From: a virus
Taxonomy: Duplodnaviria > Heunggongvirae > Uroviricota > Caudoviricetes
IMG/VR virus record: IMGVR_UViG_2925891887_000007
Direction: 5' to 3' (one strand)
DNA: 46,375 nt
The translations under genes were made by a program, and so were the position numbers. The notes under the pieces were generated by a model. It saw nothing but the letters and a program-made list of their open reading frames with translations. It was not told where the DNA came from and did no database searches. Shown here in pieces: positions 9,654-18,140 of the stretch. Position 1 is the first letter of the stretch, and every line of letters starts with the position of its first letter.

Positions 9654-9967
9654 TTGTCGATTTAGCAAAACAGAGAATGCTTTGAAAGTTTCACCGAGAA
9701 ATATTTATTGTGAACCTCCTTATTGTTTATCGACTTTTACTCTCCGCTCATTGCAGTACTGTCGGAGAAGGCTACTATGTACAAGAAGCAGCTAACATAA
9801 GCGAGCATCACTATTGATATTAGGAAGAGTATATAAAAACTTCATGCTGAACCTTACAAAAGTAGGTAAACCGGCAATGGCCTAAGTGGCAGGGTCATGT
9901 TGATCCGGCACTGCCGAGCTAATAATTAACAAGCAAATCACTCTTTCTAATAATTTGTTGAAATAAA

Positions 9968-10627
9968 CTAAATATGTATATGTTTACCAACAACCACATA
10001 TGAACTACCTGCTTTGCTCCATGATTTTATTATTTCTAAATTATTATCTGAGCATATTTTACTTACAGTATCCACATCTAATAAACCATAGTAGAAAGCA
10101 TTACGAGAGTTTTGGTATATATACCCATGCAAATGTTTAATACCGCTCTCGTACCTCTTGAAATAAGAACTTTTGTATTGATTGACAATCAGTGCTTCAC
10201 CATCACTCTTTAATAATTCTCTAATCGCACTGAGGACTTTGTGAATTGTGGATTCACATGGAATTGCGGAAAGCACGTTTGCGCAAAGTATGAAATCATA
10301 ATGATTTGTTATTTTATCTATATTTTCATAAGAAACAATATTAGCATTCTTATAGTTATTTATCACGTAATCTGGAATCGTGGTTTGTACACCTCTGATA
10401 ATTTGCACTCTTTCTAGTTGTCTTCTGGAATCTAAAAATGTCACAGTTTCAAATTTATTTACTAATTGTTCTGAATATCTAAGTTTTCCACATCCAAAAT
10501 CAAGGGCATTGTCATTTTTATTAGTGCTTTCAATCTGTTTACAGAGATAGTTAGATGGCATAGTGTGCGGTTTCGCTGCATTTTCTGAACGTATGTTTAT
10601 TCCATTTATTTTGTAATTCAAAATCAA
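9968..10627 (-). CDS. Small class I SAM-dependent methyltransferase-like protein
   Basis: LDFGCGKL (motif I), acidic residue after beta2 (VTFLDS), DFILCANVL, LLKSDGEALIV; very AT-rich; 7 nt downstream of the membrane protein gene. Confidence 0.65.
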   Translation of the reverse strand: MILNYKINGINIRSENAAKPHTMPSNYLCKQIESTNKNDNALDFGCGKLRYSEQLVNKFETVTFLDSRRQLERVQIIRGVQTTIPDYVINNYKNANIVSYENIDKITNHYDFILCANVLSAIPCESTIHKVLSAIRELLKSDGEALIVNQYKSSYFKRYESGIKHLHGYIYQNSRNAFYYGLLDVDTVSKICSDNNLEIIKSWSKAGSSYVVVGKHIHI

Positions 10628-10633
10628 CCTCGT

Positions 10634-11341
10634 TTAAAAAATATTGTTATTGTTAAAGAATTCTTTTATTTTGCTATCAGGTATTTGTCTTACTTGGCTT
10701 TCTGTTCTTGGTTTAACTGATGCTATGAAAATAAGGAAGTCAAATGCGACAAGAGAAATAATCCACAACCAAAGATTAATTAAAGAGCCAGTAACAGAGA
10801 ATATATTTGTTAATTTGGCGATACTTATTATTAAAATAGTAACAAATGCGATTACTGTATGTTCAAAGAAAACCCAAAAGTAATAAACTTTGTTCCAGAA
10901 AAGTTCAACGTAATGTTTGTCTTTTAACTCTTTAACTTCTGGGTAATACAGTTTACTCATTACCTTGTGAGATTCATCAGTAGTTAATTTTCTCGTAACG
11001 CCTGCAATTTTTGCTAATGGTTTAATAATTAAATGACTATCCCACATCTTCCTTATTCCAATAATTTTTGCTACATTATTATGTAGATCTAAAGCTCCAC
11101 TAATTACTGACCAAAAAACTGAAGATGCAATTGGTAATATGCCAAAGGTTAATATCCATTTAATAAATTCCTCGTAGTCTTTAACGGGGGGGATATACTT
11201 GGCATTAATGCCAACCAATGGCATGTAGCCATAAATGACTAATGATAGGTAAAATATAAATGTAGTAATAAAAGTCGCCTTATGGAGCATAGGCAACATT
11301 TCATTATAACTCTTTGGTGGTTCTAACATTTTACTCTCCAA
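10634..11341 (-). CDS. Integral membrane protein (about 4 TM helices)
   Basis: 235 aa with four long hydrophobic segments; first gene of a two-gene minus-strand operon in the low-GC island. Confidence 0.65.
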   Translation of the reverse strand: MESKMLEPPKSYNEMLPMLHKATFITTFIFYLSLVIYGYMPLVGINAKYIPPVKDYEEFIKWILTFGILPIASSVFWSVISGALDLHNNVAKIIGIRKMWDSHLIIKPLAKIAGVTRKLTTDESHKVMSKLYYPEVKELKDKHYVELFWNKVYYFWVFFEHTVIAFVTILIISIAKLTNIFSVTGSLINLWLWIISLVAFDFLIFIASVKPRTESQVRQIPDSKIKEFFNNNNIF

Positions 11342-12071
11342 ACATTCAAAAAAAAGCTAATCTTCTATAATAACGAAATTCAGCTGGCACAATTAAAGAT
11401 TAATTGCCACCAATTTCTTGATTTTATAATTTTATCTAAATGTTTTTGATTAATCTAGTCCTAAAAGAAACCTACTGCATAAATATTTATGCTGATGACC
11501 CACTCCCTGTTCGTTAACACATAGCAACGTTAGTAATGCATCCTAAGTGATCAATATTTTTGCTAGCTTCATCTGCTCGCTCAAAGGGAACTATAATGTT
11601 GGCTTGCGTGTGACTTGGCATGTTTAAAGAAGTGCTGGTGGTGACTGGTTGCTGTTTTCCATTTCCACAGAACAAAATCATAGAAACTATACCCAGTAGT
11701 TGTATTGAATCACTGACGAGACAGCCTCATATTTATCAGGACTGGTGTACGTCCAATACAGGAGGTTGTGGTGCTGGTTCTCAAATGTGCGCTGGCTATT
11801 GCTGCTGTAATGGCAATTTATTGTCTTGCTGTTGTTCTTATGGATCACCTTTCTGATTGATTTCATATTGGCGAGGTAACGGTAGTTAAGTAGAATTGCT
11901 GCGGGTGCTTGAGGCTATCTGCCTCGGGCATCAACACCAAAGGCAGATAGAGAAAAGCCCCAGTTAACATTACGCGTCCGGCAAGACGCTTAACATTAAT
12001 CTGAGGCCATATCTATGCTCTACACACGTAGGTTAGCCTCTTACGTGCCGAAAGGCAAGGAGAAGCAGGCT

Positions 12072-12227
12072 ATGAAGCAGCAAAAGGCGATGCTAATCGC
12101 CCTGATCGTCATCTGTTTAACCGTCATAGTGACGGCACTGGTAACGAGGAAAGACCTCTGCGAGGTACGAATCCGAACCGGTCAGACGGAGGTCGCTGTC
12201 TTCACAGCTTACGAACCTGAGGAGTAA
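12072..12227 (+). CDS. hokD: Hok family type I toxin
   Basis: MKQQKAMLIALIVICLTVIVTALVTRKDLCEVRIRTGQTEVAVFTAYEPEE; AAGGAGAAG RBS; in-frame upstream extension resembles a mok-like leader. Confidence 0.9.
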   Translation: MKQQKAMLIALIVICLTVIVTALVTRKDLCEVRIRTGQTEVAVFTAYEPEE

Positions 12228-12295
12228 GAGACCCGGCGAGGGAGAAATCCCTCGCCACCTCTGATGTGGCAGGCATCCTCAACGCACCCGCACTT

Positions 12296-12322
12296 AACCC
12301 GCTTCGGCGGGTTTTTGTTTTT
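12296..12322 (+). terminator. Rho-independent terminator after hok
   Basis: AACCCGCTTCGGCGGGTTTTTGTTTTT hairpin plus T-run. Confidence 0.6.
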
Positions 12323-12443
12323 ATTTTCAACGCGTTTGAAGTTCTGGACGGTGCCGGAATAGAATCAAAAATACTTAAGTAGCGCGCAGGGATAAGAGGG
12401 ATGGTCCCTTAAAGGGGAGAGCTAATTATCCGGAAGGATTCTG

Positions 12444-12695
12444 ATGATGAACATCGAAGAACTGCGTAAAATTTTTTGTGAAGATGGCCTCTATGCTGTG
12501 TGCGTTGAAAATGGAAATATTGTTAGTCATTACCGCATTGTGTGTTTGCAAAAAAATGGGGCTGCGTTAATTAATTTTGTGGATGCCCGAGTGACGGACG
12601 GATTTATCTTGCGCGACGGTGAGTTTGTCACTTCATTACAGGCATTGAAAGAGATCGGAATAAAAGCTGGCTTTTCTGCTTTTTCAGAAGAATAA
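12444..12695 (+). CDS. Hypothetical small protein (83 aa)
   Basis: ORF with plausible start in the hok-DUF968 region. Confidence 0.55.
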   Translation: MMNIEELRKIFCEDGLYAVCVENGNIVSHYRIVCLQKNGAALINFVDARVTDGFILRDGEFVTSLQALKEIGIKAGFSAFSEE

Positions 12696-12761
12696 ACTCA
12701 TCTACAATCTTGCGCGGGGCTGAACTCCCGCTGAGTAACACCGTGCCACCGGAGAAAACCG

Positions 12762-13040
12762 ATGGCACGCAACGCAAAATATTACAATCATGATAATTCG
12801 ACCGTTCTTGCCCACACGCACGAGCGGTATTCTCATGCATTTAAGTCAGACTGGTACCAGCATCCCCCATGCACTGAAGAACAGGCCGAATGGCTCATTC
12901 AGTGTTACCGCAGGCGCGGATGCGAGGTTAAAAAAGCCCTTAGCCTCGACTACCGTCACTGGATAATCTCCGTCAGGCTCCCTTACTCCGAACGGCCACC
13001 GCGTCCGTCCCGCACATTCCAGCAACGTATCTGGAGGTAA
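12762..13040 (+). CDS. Hypothetical small protein (92 aa)
   Basis: ORF ending 2 nt before the DUF968 gene. Confidence 0.45.
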   Translation: MARNAKYYNHDNSTVLAHTHERYSHAFKSDWYQHPPCTEEQAEWLIQCYRRRGCEVKKALSLDYRHWIISVRLPYSERPPRPSRTFQQRIWR

Positions 13041-13041
13041 C

Positions 13042-14091
13042 GTGCGGGTATTACTTCGACCTGTTCTGGTACCGGAACTCGGGCTGGTGATCGTTAAGCC
13101 GGGCCGTGAATCCATGCCGGTATTCCACAATACCCGGGTACTGGTGGAGCCGGAACCGAAAAGCATGCGTAATCTGTCGTCCGGGGTCGTTCCTGCCGTT
13201 CGCCAGCCGCTGGCGGAGGATAAATCATTACTGCCATTTTTCAGCGACGAACGAGTGATTCGTGCTGCTGGTGGCGCTGGCGCATTGTCTGACTGGTTAC
13301 TGCGCCATGTTAAATCCTGCCAGTGGCCACACGGCGATTATCACCACAGTGAAACCGTCATTCACCGTTATGGTACCGGCGCAATGGTGTTGTGCTGGCA
13401 CTGCGACAACCAGCTGCGCGACCAGACCTCCGAATCACTCGGGCAACTTGCTCACCAAAACCTGTCTGCATGGATGATTGACGTCATACTCCATGCAATG
13501 AATGGCTCGCAGGAACGGGAATTATCGCTGGCTGAATTATCCTGGTGGGCGGTCCGCAATCAGGTGGCGGACGCGCTACCGGAAGCGGTATTACGTCGTT
13601 CGCTGGGGTTGCGTGCGGAAAAAATCCGCTCAATGTACCGTGAAAGCGACATCGTACCGGGAGAGCAGACCGCCACCAGCATACTGAAGCAGCGCACAAA
13701 AAATCTTGCACTGTTGCCTCACGCCCACCAGGAACAACACCCACTACAGGAAAAGACGGTGGTAAGCATTGCCGTTGATCCTGAGTCTCCGGAATCTTTC
13801 ATGAAACGACCTAAACGTCGCCGCTGGGTTAACGAGAAATACACACGCTGGGTGAAGACACAGCCGTGTGCGTGTTGTGGTAAGCCAGCCGACGATCCCC
13901 ATCACCTGATTGGTCATGGTCAGGGCGGAATGGGGACAAAATCTCACGATATTTTCACGCTACCGCTGTGTCGGGAGCATCACAACGAGCTTCATGCGGA
14001 TCCGCTGGCGTTCGAAGAAAAGCATGGTTCTCAGGTTGATTTAATTTTTCGTTTTCTTGATCACGCCTTTGCAACTGGCGTGCTTGGGTAA
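13042..14091 (+). CDS. DUF968 (YdfU-like) protein with C-terminal HNH-like Cys/His motif
   Basis: 349 aa; CACCGK...HHLIGHGQGG...CREHHNELH. Confidence 0.8.
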   Translation: MRVLLRPVLVPELGLVIVKPGRESMPVFHNTRVLVEPEPKSMRNLSSGVVPAVRQPLAEDKSLLPFFSDERVIRAAGGAGALSDWLLRHVKSCQWPHGDYHHSETVIHRYGTGAMVLCWHCDNQLRDQTSESLGQLAHQNLSAWMIDVILHAMNGSQERELSLAELSWWAVRNQVADALPEAVLRRSLGLRAEKIRSMYRESDIVPGEQTATSILKQRTKNLALLPHAHQEQHPLQEKTVVSIAVDPESPESFMKRPKRRRWVNEKYTRWVKTQPCACCGKPADDPHHLIGHGQGGMGTKSHDIFTLPLCREHHNELHADPLAFEEKHGSQVDLIFRFLDHAFATGVLG

Positions 14092-14103
14092 AAGAGGTGA
14101 CTG

Positions 14104-14478
14104 ATGCTCATAGATTTGGTTTTACCTTACCCGCCGACGGTGAACACTTACTGGCGACGCCGTGGCAGCACATATTTTATCTCGGAGGAGGGAAAGCGTT
14201 ATCGCCGGGCTGTGGCGCTTATTGTTCGCCAGCAGCGGCTGAAATTAAGCCTGTCCGGAAGGCTAGCGATAAAGGTGATTGCAGAGCCACCGGATAAGCG
14301 TCGTCGCGACCTGGACAATATCCTGAAAGCACCGCTGGATGCGCTGACGCATGCGGGAGTGTTAATGGACGATGAGCAGTTTGATGAAATCAATATCGTT
14401 CGTGGTCAGCCAGTATCTGGTGGACGTATGGGGGTGAAGATTTACCCCATAATGCATGAAGAGCAGGTCAAAAAATGA
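14104..14478 (+). CDS. rusA: Holliday junction resolvase RusA
   Basis: MLIDLVLPYPPTVNTYWRRRG...RRDLDNILKAPLDAL; GAGGTG RBS. Confidence 0.9.
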   Translation: MLIDLVLPYPPTVNTYWRRRGSTYFISEEGKRYRRAVALIVRQQRLKLSLSGRLAIKVIAEPPDKRRRDLDNILKAPLDALTHAGVLMDDEQFDEINIVRGQPVSGGRMGVKIYPIMHEEQVKK

Positions 14479-15296
14479 AACTGGAAGATTTACCGAAATA
14501 CTACTCCCCAAAATCCCCTTGCCTGACCGATGCATCGGCCTCAACGTCAAAAGATGCGCTGAGTATCACTGATGTGATGGCCGCGCAGGGCATGACACAG
14601 AATCGGGCTGAGATGGGGTTTTCTGCGTTCCTGGGGAAAATGGGCATCAGTATGAATGACAGGGCGCGGGCAACAGAATTACTGGCAGATTATGCACTCA
14701 GTCGGTGCGATCGTGTGGCGGCGTTGAGAAAACTTCCGGCAGAAATAAAACCGTTAGTGATGCGCATTATGGCTTCGTACGCTTTTGAGGATTATGCCCG
14801 CAGCGCAGCGAGTAAAAAGCAGTGCCCTTGTTGCTATGGGGAAAAATTTATTGAAAGCGTAGTTTTTACAAACAAGGTCCAGTATCCGGATGGTAAGCCG
14901 CCGGTATGGGCAAAGTGTACGAAAGGTGTGTATCCGTCTTACTGGGAAGAATGGAAAAAAGTCAGGGAGGTGGTAAAAGTTGCCTGTCCGGAGTGTGGCG
15001 GAAAGGGTGAGGTTTCCACCGTCTGTAAGGATTGCCGTGGGCGTGGTGTCGCCATTCACCGTGAAGAGTCGGTAAAACGTGGTATGCCTGTTATCAGAGA
15101 CTGCCAGCGTTGTGGTGGTCGTGGCTATGAAAGACTACCATCAACGGAGGCATTTAATGCTATATGCGAGGTGACAAACCAGATAACACGCGCGTCATGG
15201 GAAAAAACAGTTAAGAAATTCTATGATGCGCTGGTGACCCGGTTTGATATTGAAGAAGCATGGGCTGAGCGGCAGTTAAAAAAGGTAACTAGGTAA
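14475..15296 (+). CDS. Q: Late gene antiterminator Q
   Basis: 273 aa with multiple CxxC zinc-binding pairs; sits immediately upstream of a putative late promoter and terminator. Confidence 0.8.
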   Translation: MKLEDLPKYYSPKSPCLTDASASTSKDALSITDVMAAQGMTQNRAEMGFSAFLGKMGISMNDRARATELLADYALSRCDRVAALRKLPAEIKPLVMRIMASYAFEDYARSAASKKQCPCCYGEKFIESVVFTNKVQYPDGKPPVWAKCTKGVYPSYWEEWKKVREVVKVACPECGGKGEVSTVCKDCRGRGVAIHREESVKRGMPVIRDCQRCGGRGYERLPSTEAFNAICEVTNQITRASWEKTVKKFYDALVTRFDIEEAWAERQLKKVTR

Positions 15297-15299
15297 CAA

Positions 15300-15380
15300 G
15301 GTTGATTTTTCCGGAATCTGTGGTAAATTCGTCATAACGATGGGCTTTTTATACCTGACGTTAGAAGAGTTTCTACAACC
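15300..15380 (+). promoter_or_regulatory. Candidate late promoter (pR-prime) and qut region
   Basis: TTGATT, about 16 nt spacer, TAAATT just downstream of Q. Confidence 0.35.
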
Positions 15381-15406
15381 CGCCACCGAGCGGGTTTTTT
15401 ATTGCG
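15381..15406 (+). terminator. Candidate tR-prime terminator
   Basis: CCCGCCACCGAGCGGG hairpin followed by TTTTTT. Confidence 0.5.
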
Positions 15407-15439
15407 GAATTAATTACGGACCGTTATTATTCTGCTCCC

Positions 15440-15515
15440 GGTCCTTTAGCTCAGTGGTGAGAGCGAGCGACTCATAATCGCCAGGTCGCTGGTTCAAATC
15501 CAGCAAGGGCCACCA
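15440..15515 (+). tRNA. tRNA with CAT anticodon (Ile2/Met type)
   Basis: Cloverleaf with acceptor GGTCCTT/AAGGGCC, D-arm TAGCTCAGTGG, anticodon loop CTCATAA, T-arm GGTTCAAATCC, 3' ACCA. Confidence 0.85.
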
Positions 15516-15620
15516 TCACAAACCGCCATGAGCTTATCAGGAAGAGCAGACGACACGATAACAGGGTTGTTGGTGCGGGGGGGGGGCGGGTCCCCGATGG
15601 CGGTCCATTATCGGTATTCA

Positions 15621-15697
15621 GCGTTGTTAGCTCAGCCGGACAGAGCAATTGCCTTCTAAGCAATCGGTCACTGGTTCGAATCCAGTACAGCGCGCCA
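15621..15697 (+). tRNA. tRNA-Arg (TCT anticodon)
   Basis: Acceptor GCGTTGT/ACAGCGC, D-arm TAGCTCAGCCGG, anticodon loop CTTCTAA, T-arm GGTTCGAATCC, GCCA end. Confidence 0.85.
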
Positions 15698-15807
15698 TAT
15701 TCATTCTTCCAGATTCCTTCCGGCAGAGCCTTATACTGGAATATACCTGGCTCAGGATATTGTTGAAAATATTATATGTTTGTCAAAAATAAAAGTTCTG
15801 TTAAGTA

Positions 15808-16161
15808 TTGATTGAGTGTTTGTTATACGGTCTAATGGTTTTTTCAGCATTAAATATTTATCATTCATATGGTGTGGGTAGAGTGAATATTGATGAGGCG
15901 TCGGGGTGTTTCATCCTTAGGCAGCGTATTGATATAGTCAATGCAGCACGAGCAAAGGCCTTCAGCCGTTTGACAGTTTTGTTCTGTGCTCCTGATCGTC
16001 TTTCGGGAAGAGACGTTATTATTCTGAATAGTGATGCTATACAGAGGGTTTGCGATGAGTTCATGGTTGCTAATTCAGAATTATTTGCTCTTGTTCAGGA
16101 GTACAACAGAATAGCCAGGACCTGTGGTATGGATGAACTTCGGATTACTCATCTGGGGTAG
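15808..16161 (+). CDS. Hypothetical protein in post-Q cargo slot (start uncertain)
   Basis: 117-aa ORF downstream of the tRNAs; no recognisable motif. Confidence 0.4.
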   Translation: MIECLLYGLMVFSALNIYHSYGVGRVNIDEASGCFILRQRIDIVNAARAKAFSRLTVLFCAPDRLSGRDVIILNSDAIQRVCDEFMVANSELFALVQEYNRIARTCGMDELRITHLG

Positions 16162-16635
16162 ATACATATCTGGATTATCACCTGTTACGGTAAAAAGTGA
16201 TTGCTTACTGTTTTTGTGAATGGCATTGCAGCAGCCGGATAATGTCAGTGCTGGCTGACGGTGTGCTGGTGGCGGGTGTGGTGGTTGTTGCTTTCCCGTT
16301 GCTGAAAAAGAAAACGCCAGACTGTTAGCCGGGTATCAGTTAGCGGGAGAAATTTTTAAATACTTCACAATTCAGGCGGTTGACTGTTCTCTGGTTTGCG
16401 GGGAGTTTGTTAAAAGAAACTGGCATGGTGAATCCCCCTGTGCGGAGGGGCAATCAGCGAGTAGGTATATGGGATAATCGCGGATTCAGGTGCTGGTACT
16501 GAATTCACCGGGAGGCACCCGGCACCATGCACTTCAATAGATTCTCTCCACATTATGGATATTCTTTCAGAATATCCCACGCAGACTTTGTGTAAATGTT
16601 AACAAATGTGCGTTTTATTTGATCTGATTCGCTGT

Positions 16636-16665
16636 TTGAGCGTCCAAAACAACGGTATATATAAT
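16636..16665 (+). promoter_or_regulatory. Sigma70-like promoter upstream of first lipoprotein gene
   Basis: TTGAGC, 18 nt, TATAAT (within TATATATAAT), about 30 nt upstream of the ATG. Confidence 0.4.
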
Positions 16666-16694
16666 CCTTTACTATATGACATATGTGAGGAAAA

Positions 16695-17123
16695 ATGGGT
16701 TTTCGTAGCGCATCAATTCTTACGTTGATTATTAGTGGGATTATTATCGGGTGCACTGATGCTGTATCGACAAATTATCATGACCGTACATCATATTACT
16801 CCGATAAAGCAATAGAGACACAGTATGTGAGTTCATCTGAACGTACTTCTGATGTTAGTGAGGATATCCGTCTGTATGCCCATCAAATCAAGAGCGCCAT
16901 CGAAAAACAGTTCGGGGATGCGAGTAAGTATTCAGGAAAAGAGTGTACACTGAGAATGCATATGGCCCCGAATGGCCTTCTACTGGAGGTTAAAAGAGAA
17001 AGTGGAGACCTCGATTTATGTCGTGAAGCGATGAATGCGATAAAGAATGCTGATATACCTGCCCCCCCTTCGCCGGAAGTATATAAAGTATTTCAAAATG
17101 GGGTGCTGGATTTTAAACCCTGA
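16695..17123 (+). CDS. Lipoprotein with TolA C-terminal (domain III)-like domain
   Basis: Signal peptide plus lipobox (IIGC); C-terminal YAHQIKSAIEKQF...YSGKECTLRMHMAPNGLLLEVKRESGDLDLC...IPAPPSPEVYKVFQNGVLDFKP closely resembles remembered E. coli TolA C-terminus. Confidence 0.8.
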   Translation: MGFRSASILTLIISGIIIGCTDAVSTNYHDRTSYYSDKAIETQYVSSSERTSDVSEDIRLYAHQIKSAIEKQFGDASKYSGKECTLRMHMAPNGLLLEVKRESGDLDLCREAMNAIKNADIPAPPSPEVYKVFQNGVLDFKP

Positions 17124-17273
17124 TATTTATTGTTTTGTAATAAACGGTTTCGGCTTAGGTTTGTTCTGACACAACTACGGCACTGAGCTAAATTTAGCGG
17201 ATAGTCAGCTCTGAGCCAGTGGCGGACGTAACAACTACTATTGCTGAGATTTTAATGGATTGAGGAGCAAGAA

Positions 17274-17669
17274 GTGGGATTAAAGAAAATCGTTATGTTG
17301 ACTTTTTGGGTCGGTTTTGTTGCGGGATGCACACCTTTACACCCTTCAGATTGCCACAAAACTACTGCTACAGGTAGTTGCAGTTCAGGACGCTGGGATG
17401 ATCAGGATGAATGGGGGGCGCAAGCGCGGGGAATCAGAGCTGCAATTAATGCCAAACTTGATGAGCCGCATAACTGGAAAGGGAAAATATGCAGGTTGCA
17501 TATGGAATTCTCTCAGGATGGCACGGCGTTAAAAATATCTACCAGTAACGGTGATAAAGCCTATTGCGAAGCGATAAAGTCCGCAGCTCATAAAGCCAAA
17601 TTTCCGGCCTTCAACAATCCGAAAGTCTACAGAGATTTTCAGAAATCTGGCTTTGACATGCGAGGTTAG
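17274..17669 (+). CDS. Paralogous lipoprotein with divergent TolA-C-like domain
   Basis: GTG start with GAGGAG RBS; lipobox VAGC; WKGKICRLHMEFSQDGTALKISTSNGDKAYCEAIKSAAHKAKFPAFNNPKVYRDF. Confidence 0.75.
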   Translation: MGLKKIVMLTFWVGFVAGCTPLHPSDCHKTTATGSCSSGRWDDQDEWGAQARGIRAAINAKLDEPHNWKGKICRLHMEFSQDGTALKISTSNGDKAYCEAIKSAAHKAKFPAFNNPKVYRDFQKSGFDMRG

Positions 17670-17920
17670 CTCTTCAATTACTATATCTCATTCATAGCAA
17701 ACTGACAGATTTGATGATGTTCTATATACGAAACCTGTGATGTCAAGTCTGAGCTAATACAAATAAACATAATATCAGAGAAATACATTTTATTAGCTCG
17801 CTACGGCGAGCTTTTTATATTGCATCGTCTCCAGCATATATATCAATTAAGGCTCTGATTGATGTGTCTGGAAGCCTACACATAATAACTATGCCATCCG
17901 TTCCGTGCGGAGGTGAGGCT

Positions 17921-18136
17921 ATGAAATCCATGGACAAAATTTCAACAGGCATTGCCTACGGCACCTCCGCAGGCAGTGCTGGCTACTGGTTTTTACAGCT
18001 GCTCGATAAAGTCACGCCCTCACAGTGGGCAGCAATAGGTGTGCTGGGTAGCCTGGTATTTGGCCTGCTGACGTACCTGACAAACCTTTATTTCAAGATT
18101 AAAGAAGACAAGCGTAAGGCTGCACGGGGAGAGTAA
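17921..18136 (+). CDS. S: Class II holin (phage 21 S-type pinholin, dual start)
   Basis: [31 protein letters not shown]...[15 protein letters not shown]; GGAGGTGAGG RBS; second Met at codon 4. Confidence 0.88.
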   Translation: MKSMDKISTGIAYGTSAGSAGYWFLQLLDKVTPSQWAAIGVLGSLVFGLLTYLTNLYFKIKEDKRKAARGE

Positions 18137-18140
18137 TTCA

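Noticed and set aside
11620-11856. Cysteine-rich 78-aa ORF (possible bacteriocin-like peptide)
   Set aside because: No RBS at its start; the Cys codons arise from the same DNA that in another frame encodes a hydrophobic peptide with a strong SD. Kept only as an alternative in the findings.
15472-15663. 63-aa minus-strand ORF
   Set aside because: Overlaps both tRNA genes and the G-tract; artefact.
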